DNA of 64,000 nucleotides from an uncultured Acidobacteriota bacterium. GTDB lineage: Bacteria > Acidobacteriota > Polarisedimenticolia > J045. Positions 56,932-64,000 of the stretch are shown in pieces. The translations under genes and the position numbers were made by a program. Below the pieces are notes generated by a model that saw nothing but the letters and a program-made list of their open reading frames with translations, had not been told where the DNA came from and ran no database searches. The stretch covers positions 1,821,800 through 1,885,799 of the forward strand of contig CAWDCL010000004.1 in assembly GCA_963800865.1 (NCBI GenBank), in the 5' to 3' direction. Numbering within the stretch: position 1 is the stretch's first letter; every line of letters starts with the position of its first letter.

Positions 56932-59060
56932 TGCAGACCGCCGACCTGCTGATCGAGCTGGGCACGGAGGAGATCCCGGCCCGGATGCTGCCCGCGGCGG
57001 CGGCCGACCTCGAGGCGCTCACGCTCGAGCTGCTCGACCGCGCCGGCCTGCCGCACGGCGCCGCCCGCCGCTACTGGACCCCGCGGCGCCTCGCGGTGCG
57101 GGTCGCGGACGTTGCCGGAGCGACCCCGGCGCGGGAGGAGCTGCTGCTCGGGCCGCCGGCGGCCGCGGCCTGGGACGCGGCGGGCCGGCCGACGAAGGCG
57201 CTCGAAGGGTTCGCGCGCAAGACCGGTCGCGACGCGGCGGGGTTCGCGCGGGTCGAGACGCCGAAAGGGATCTACGCCGGGGCGACGGTGACCGCGGGGG
57301 GCGACTCGCTGGCCGCGGTGCTGGCCGCCGGCTTCGCGCCCGCGGTGGCGCGGATGACCTTCGCCAAGATGATGCGCTGGGGCGACGGCTCGGCGCGATT
57401 CGTCCGCCCCGTGCACTGGATCCTCGCGCTGTTCGGTGGCGAGGTCGTGCCGCTCGAGCTGTTCGGGATCCGGTCGGGGCGCACGTCGCGCGGGCACCGC
57501 GTGCTGGGGCCGGGGCCGTTCGAGATTCCCGACGCCGCGGCCTGGGAGGCGACGCTCGAGCGTCACGGCGTCGTGGCCGACCCCGTCGCCCGCCGCGCGC
57601 GCCTCGAGCAGCAGCTCCACGCGCTGGCCGGCGCGCAGGGGGGCGCGCTGGCCGAGGACGGCGGCCTGCTCGACGAGTCGGCCGATATCGTCGAGTACCC
57701 GGGCGCGCAGCTCGGTCGCTTCGAGCCGCACTTCGTGCGCGACCTGCCGGCCGAGGTGCTCGGATCGTGCCTCAAGACGCACCAGAAGGGGTTCTGCGTC
57801 CGCGGGACGGACGGCCTGCTGCCGCTGTTCGCGGTCGCGGTCAACCGCCCCGACGATCCCGAGGGGCACGTCCGGCGCGGCCACGAGTGGGTCGTGTCGG
57901 GGCGGCTCGAGGACGCGCTCTTCTTCTGGAACGAGGACCGGCGCCAGCCGCTCGCAGCGCGGGCCGCCAAGCTGGAAGGGATCGTCTTCCAGCGCGAGCT
58001 GGGCACCTACGCGGCCAAGACGCGGCGCGTGGCGCAGCTGGTCCGCGGCCTCGCGGGGCCGGCCGGGCTCGACGCCGCGGGCAGCGCGGCCGCCGGGCGC
58101 GCCGCCGAGCTTTCGCGCTGCGACCTCCCGACCGGGCTGGTCGGGGAGTTCCCGGAGCTGCAGGGGATCTGCGGTGGCCTGCTCGCGCGCGCCGACGGCG
58201 AGCCGGAAGCGGTCGCCCGCGCGATCTACGACCTCTACCTTCCGGCGGCGCCCGACGACCCGCTGCCGCTGACCGCCGAGGGCCGGATGCTCGGCCTGGC
58301 CGACCGCCTCGACACGCTGGCCGGCGGCTTCGCCGCGGGCCTGGTGCCGAGCGGCAGCTCGGACCCGTTCGCGCTCCGCCGCGCCGGGATGGGCGCGATC
58401 CGCCTGGCGCTCGCCGAGCCGGCAATCGACCTCTCGGACGCGGTGCGCGGGGCGGTGCTCGGTTACCGCGGCGGCGAGACCGGTCCCGACATGACGGCCC
58501 GCGCGGACCAGACCGTCGCGACGCTCGTCGCGTTCCTGCTCGAGCGCTTCGGCGTGCTGGCCGAGCGCGACGGGGCCCGCTACGACGAGATCGCGGCGAC
58601 GACGGCGCGGGTCGGCGCGACTCCCGGCAGCCCGTTCCGTCCGGCCGACCTGTGGCGGCGCCTCGCCGCGCTGCGCGCCTTCCGCGAGAGCGAGGACTTC
58701 CTCGCCCTCGCCGCCGCCGCCAAGCGGGTGCGCAACATCCTCGCCCAGGCCGACGAGCGCGGCGACGGTTACGCGGCCGGGGACGGTGAAGCGGCGCTCC
58801 GCGAGCCGGAAGAAGTGCGCCTCGCGGGGTCGATCGGCACCGCCGAGCGCGAGCTCGCGGCGGCTGCGGCCGCCGGGGACTACGAACGGGCGCTGGCGCA
58901 CGTTGCGCGGCTGCGGCCCGACGTCGACCTGTTCTTCGACAGGATCCTGGTGATGGACAAGGACCCCGTCCTGCGTCGCGCGCGGCTCTCGCTGCTGGAC
59001 CGCGTGGCGCGTGCGACGCACGGGGTGGTGGACATGGCGGAGCTGGTGGTCGCGGGCTGA
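56931..59060 (+). CDS. glyS: Glycine--tRNA ligase beta subunit
   Basis: 709 aa (MQTADLLIELGTEEIPARMLP…). The ATG overlaps the glyQ stop (TGATG). The frame is intact. Confidence 0.9.
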   Translation: MQTADLLIELGTEEIPARMLPAAAADLEALTLELLDRAGLPHGAARRYWTPRRLAVRVADVAGATPAREELLLGPPAAAAWDAAGRPTKALEGFARKTGRDAAGFARVETPKGIYAGATVTAGGDSLAAVLAAGFAPAVARMTFAKMMRWGDGSARFVRPVHWILALFGGEVVPLELFGIRSGRTSRGHRVLGPGPFEIPDAAAWEATLERHGVVADPVARRARLEQQLHALAGAQGGALAEDGGLLDESADIVEYPGAQLGRFEPHFVRDLPAEVLGSCLKTHQKGFCVRGTDGLLPLFAVAVNRPDDPEGHVRRGHEWVVSGRLEDALFFWNEDRRQPLAARAAKLEGIVFQRELGTYAAKTRRVAQLVRGLAGPAGLDAAGSAAAGRAAELSRCDLPTGLVGEFPELQGICGGLLARADGEPEAVARAIYDLYLPAAPDDPLPLTAEGRMLGLADRLDTLAGGFAAGLVPSGSSDPFALRRAGMGAIRLALAEPAIDLSDAVRGAVLGYRGGETGPDMTARADQTVATLVAFLLERFGVLAERDGARYDEIAATTARVGATPGSPFRPADLWRRLAALRAFRESEDFLALAAAAKRVRNILAQADERGDGYAAGDGEAALREPEEVRLAGSIGTAERELAAAAAAGDYERALAHVARLRPDVDLFFDRILVMDKDPVLRRARLSLLDRVARATHGVVDMAELVVAG

Positions 59061-59126
59061 GCCTGCGCGGCCCGGCTTCGCCGCAGACGACGGACGACGA
59101 CGCACGACGACATTGAAGGAGACGGC

Positions 59127-61866
<2,740 letters not shown>

Positions 61867-61885
61867 CGAAGAGACGAACTCCCCG

Positions 61886-63205
61886 ATGAAGAAGACCTTC
61901 GTACTCGACACGAACGTCCTGCTCCACGACCCGAACAGCCCGTTCTCCTTCGCGGACAACGACGTCGTGATCCCGATCGCCGTGATCGAGGAGATCGACC
62001 GCTTCAAGAAGGAGATGACCGAGGTCGGTCGGAACGCGCGCGCGGTCAGCCGGACCCTCGACCGGCTGCGCGAGCAGGGGCACCTGACGGACGGGGTGCC
62101 GACGCCGGGCGGAGGGACGCTGCGGATCCACCTCGGCGTCCCGATCCCGCGCGACTTCCCGTTCATGGACGGCCGCGACGCGGCCGACATGCGGATCCTC
62201 GCGCTGGCCTGGGAGCTGTCGCGCAGCCACCCCCCGGTCCAGTTCATCACGAAGGACACCAATCTCCGGCTCAAGGCCGACGCCGTCGGGGTGTACGCCG
62301 AAGACTACGTCGAGCGCAGCATCGTGCCCGACACCGAGTGGCACGGCTGGCGCGAGGTGGCGGTCCCCCGCGAGGTGCTCGACCGGCTGTTCGCCGAGAA
62401 GGCCCTGCCGGCGAGCGACCTCGGGATCGAGGACCCCGGGCCCAACGTCGGGCTCCTGCTGCGCGACCTCGGCGATCCGCAGCACACCGCGCTGGCGCGG
62501 CGCCGGCCACGCCAGCCGGTCGTGACGCCGATCGTCCTTCCGAAGTCGGTCTCGGGGATCAAGCCGCGCAACGTCGAGCAGAAGTTCGCGCTCGACCTGC
62601 TGCTCGACAAGGAGGTCCCGCTGGTCACGCTGGTCGGCAAGGCCGGGACCGGCAAGACGCTGCTGGCCCTCGCGGCCGGCCTGATGCAGACCGTCGAGAA
62701 GCCGATCTACCGCCGGCTGGTCGTCGCGCGCCCGATCTTCCCGATGGGCCGCGACCTCGGCTACCTGCCGGGCGACCTGGACGAGAAGCTCCGCCCGTGG
62801 ATGCAGCCGATCTGGGACAACCTCGAGTTCCTGCTCGGCGAGTTCGACGCGTCGACCGGGCCGGACGGCCACCCGATCGAGCAGTTGATCGACCGCGGGA
62901 CGCTCGAGATCGAGGCCCTGACCTACATCCGCGGCCGCTCCCTGCCGCGCCAGTTGATGATCGTCGACGAGGCCCAGAACCTGACCCCGCACGAGGTCAA
63001 GACCGTGATCACGCGGGTCGGGGAGGATGCCAAGATCGTGCTCACGGGCGACCCCGCCCAGATCGACAACCCCTACGTGGACGCCTCGAGCAACGGGCTG
63101 TCCTACGCCTCGCAGCGGCTGCGGGGCGAGCCGCTGGCGGGGACGGTCGTGCTGACGCGTGGCGAGCGATCGACGCTGGCCGAGATGGCGGCAGACCGGC
63201 TCTGA
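61886..63205 (+). CDS. phoH: PhoH2-type protein (N-terminal PIN domain fused to PhoH-like ATPase)
   Basis: PIN domain (FVLDTNVLLHDP…) followed by the PhoH Walker A (LVGKAGTGKTLLALA) and DEAQN box (IVDEAQNLT). Confidence 0.85.
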   Translation: MKKTFVLDTNVLLHDPNSPFSFADNDVVIPIAVIEEIDRFKKEMTEVGRNARAVSRTLDRLREQGHLTDGVPTPGGGTLRIHLGVPIPRDFPFMDGRDAADMRILALAWELSRSHPPVQFITKDTNLRLKADAVGVYAEDYVERSIVPDTEWHGWREVAVPREVLDRLFAEKALPASDLGIEDPGPNVGLLLRDLGDPQHTALARRRPRQPVVTPIVLPKSVSGIKPRNVEQKFALDLLLDKEVPLVTLVGKAGTGKTLLALAAGLMQTVEKPIYRRLVVARPIFPMGRDLGYLPGDLDEKLRPWMQPIWDNLEFLLGEFDASTGPDGHPIEQLIDRGTLEIEALTYIRGRSLPRQLMIVDEAQNLTPHEVKTVITRVGEDAKIVLTGDPAQIDNPYVDASSNGLSYASQRLRGEPLAGTVVLTRGERSTLAEMAADRL

Positions 63206-63314
63206 GCCGGAGGCTTACCCGGAGTTGACGCACCCGGGGGGCGCTGTTACCTTACCGAGCCTTTTTCCGGCCACGACCCGCTGCGCGCGGCGGGCCTCGG
63301 GTTGGGGGAGACGA

Positions 63315-63710
63315 ATGAGGAAGCGCGAGCGCGACAAGTTCCTGAAGCTGCTCGAGACGCGTCGGCAGACCCTCCTTGCCCGTTCGGCCCGCACCGCCGA
63401 GGAAGGCCGCGAAGTCGTGCCCGAGGGGGGCGAGGACTACGTCGACGACGCCGTGACCCACTACACGCGGGAGTTCCTGCTCTCGCTCTCCGACCTCGAG
63501 CGGCGCCAGGTGCTGCAGGTCGAAGAGGCGATCGTCCGGGTCCGGGAAGGGACCTTCGGCGAGTGCATGTCGTGCGGGGACGAGATCGAGCCCAAGCGGC
63601 TCGAGGCGGTCCCCTGGGCCCGCTACTGCGTCTCGTGCCAGGAGATCGCCGAGAAGGAAGAGCTGGCCGAGCGCTACCACGTGCGGGACATCTCCGAGGA
63701 AGAAGAGTAG
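63315..63710 (+). CDS. DksA/TraR-family C4-type zinc-finger protein
   Basis: ATG 63315 preceded by GGGGGAG. CMSCGDEI…CVSCQ zinc finger and coiled-coil N-terminus. The 52-aa N-terminal extension of the track ORF is spurious. Confidence 0.75.
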   Translation: MRKRERDKFLKLLETRRQTLLARSARTAEEGREVVPEGGEDYVDDAVTHYTREFLLSLSDLERRQVLQVEEAIVRVREGTFGECMSCGDEIEPKRLEAVPWARYCVSCQEIAEKEELAERYHVRDISEEEE

Positions 63711-63718
63711 GCGCGGTC

Positions 63719-64000
63719 ATGTCCGGCCCCGGCACGGCGGTGGTCAGCGGCCGGGGCGCGCGCCGGGCCCGTCGCGGCCACCCCTGGATCCATCGCGAGG
63801 ACCTTCGAGCCGCCGAGGCGGATCCCGGCGAGATCGTGCGCGTGCTCGACGCCTCCGGCGCGCCGTGCGGCTGGGCCGCGTACTCTCCCGCTTCGCGGAT
63901 CGTGCTCCGGATCGTGCGCCGCGGCGGCGCAGCCGGTGATGCGCCCCCCGCCGAGGCCTTCTGGTCGGCCCGGCTCGAGCGGGCGCTCTCCGCGCGCGGC
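63719..64000 (+). CDS. Class I SAM-dependent rRNA methyltransferase (RlmI/RlmK-like, PUA-like N-terminal domain), 5' part only
   Basis: MSGPGTAVVSGRGARRARRGHPWIHREDL…IVRVLDASGAPCGWAAYSPASRIVLRIV matches the RlmI N-terminal PUA/EEHEE region. It runs off the window. Confidence 0.6.
   Translation, partial: MSGPGTAVVSGRGARRARRGHPWIHREDLRAAEADPGEIVRVLDASGAPCGWAAYSPASRIVLRIVRRGGAAGDAPPAEAFWSARLERALSARG

Noticed and set aside
63225-63253. TTGACG-N17-TACCTT as a sigma-70 promoter for the dksA-like gene
   Set aside because: The -10 hexamer is weak (3/6). It is recorded only as a possibility and is not supported enough to list as a feature.

Overview
This 64 kb window is very GC-rich (about 70% or more) chromosomal DNA from a Gram-negative bacterium. 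The gene content (fused ccoNO, a GWxTD-domain protein, TPR/GT-C proteins, long-form IspH) is compatible with an Acidobacteria-, Gemmatimonadetes- or Myxococcota-like organism, but I cannot place it more precisely. It is mostly a housekeeping region. There is a complete cbb3-type cytochrome oxidase operon (small cNMP-domain ORF, fused ccoNO, ccoQ, ccoP, ccoG, fixH) under a perfect FNR/FixK box, with a divergent FNR-type regulator. There are two pyrimidine clusters, pyrK-pyrD-pyrF-thrC-rarA on the minus strand and pyrR-pyrB-pyrC-purC on the plus strand. Also present are secA, guaB, mgtE, recO, glyQS, a PIN-PhoH2 gene, a DksA-like gene, ispH, yggX, truA, an ECF sigma/anti-sigma cassette and several hypothetical proteins. 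I saw no rRNA, tRNA, CRISPR arrays or transposases. The most striking feature is an unusually large number of frame-disrupting indels in otherwise well-conserved genes: sua5/tsaC, ftcD, thrC, a PQQ sugar dehydrogenase, probably ccoP and a protease signal peptide, and two missing stop codons. The pyruvate phosphate dikinase gene is especially affected, with roughly 15-20 single-base insertions (mostly G) while neighbouring genes such as secA are intact. This is either localized sequencing or assembly error or active gene decay, and the two cannot be separated from sequence alone. Other points of interest are a cNMP-binding domain fused to aspartate ammonia-lyase, a PyrR with a histone-H1-like Lys/Pro-rich repeat tail, a ~31-nt imperfect inverted repeat between secA and an SPFH gene, and a promoter/terminator-bounded candidate small RNA or leader upstream of an M23 peptidase gene. 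Most long ORFs in the six-frame track are GC-driven artefacts and were rejected.
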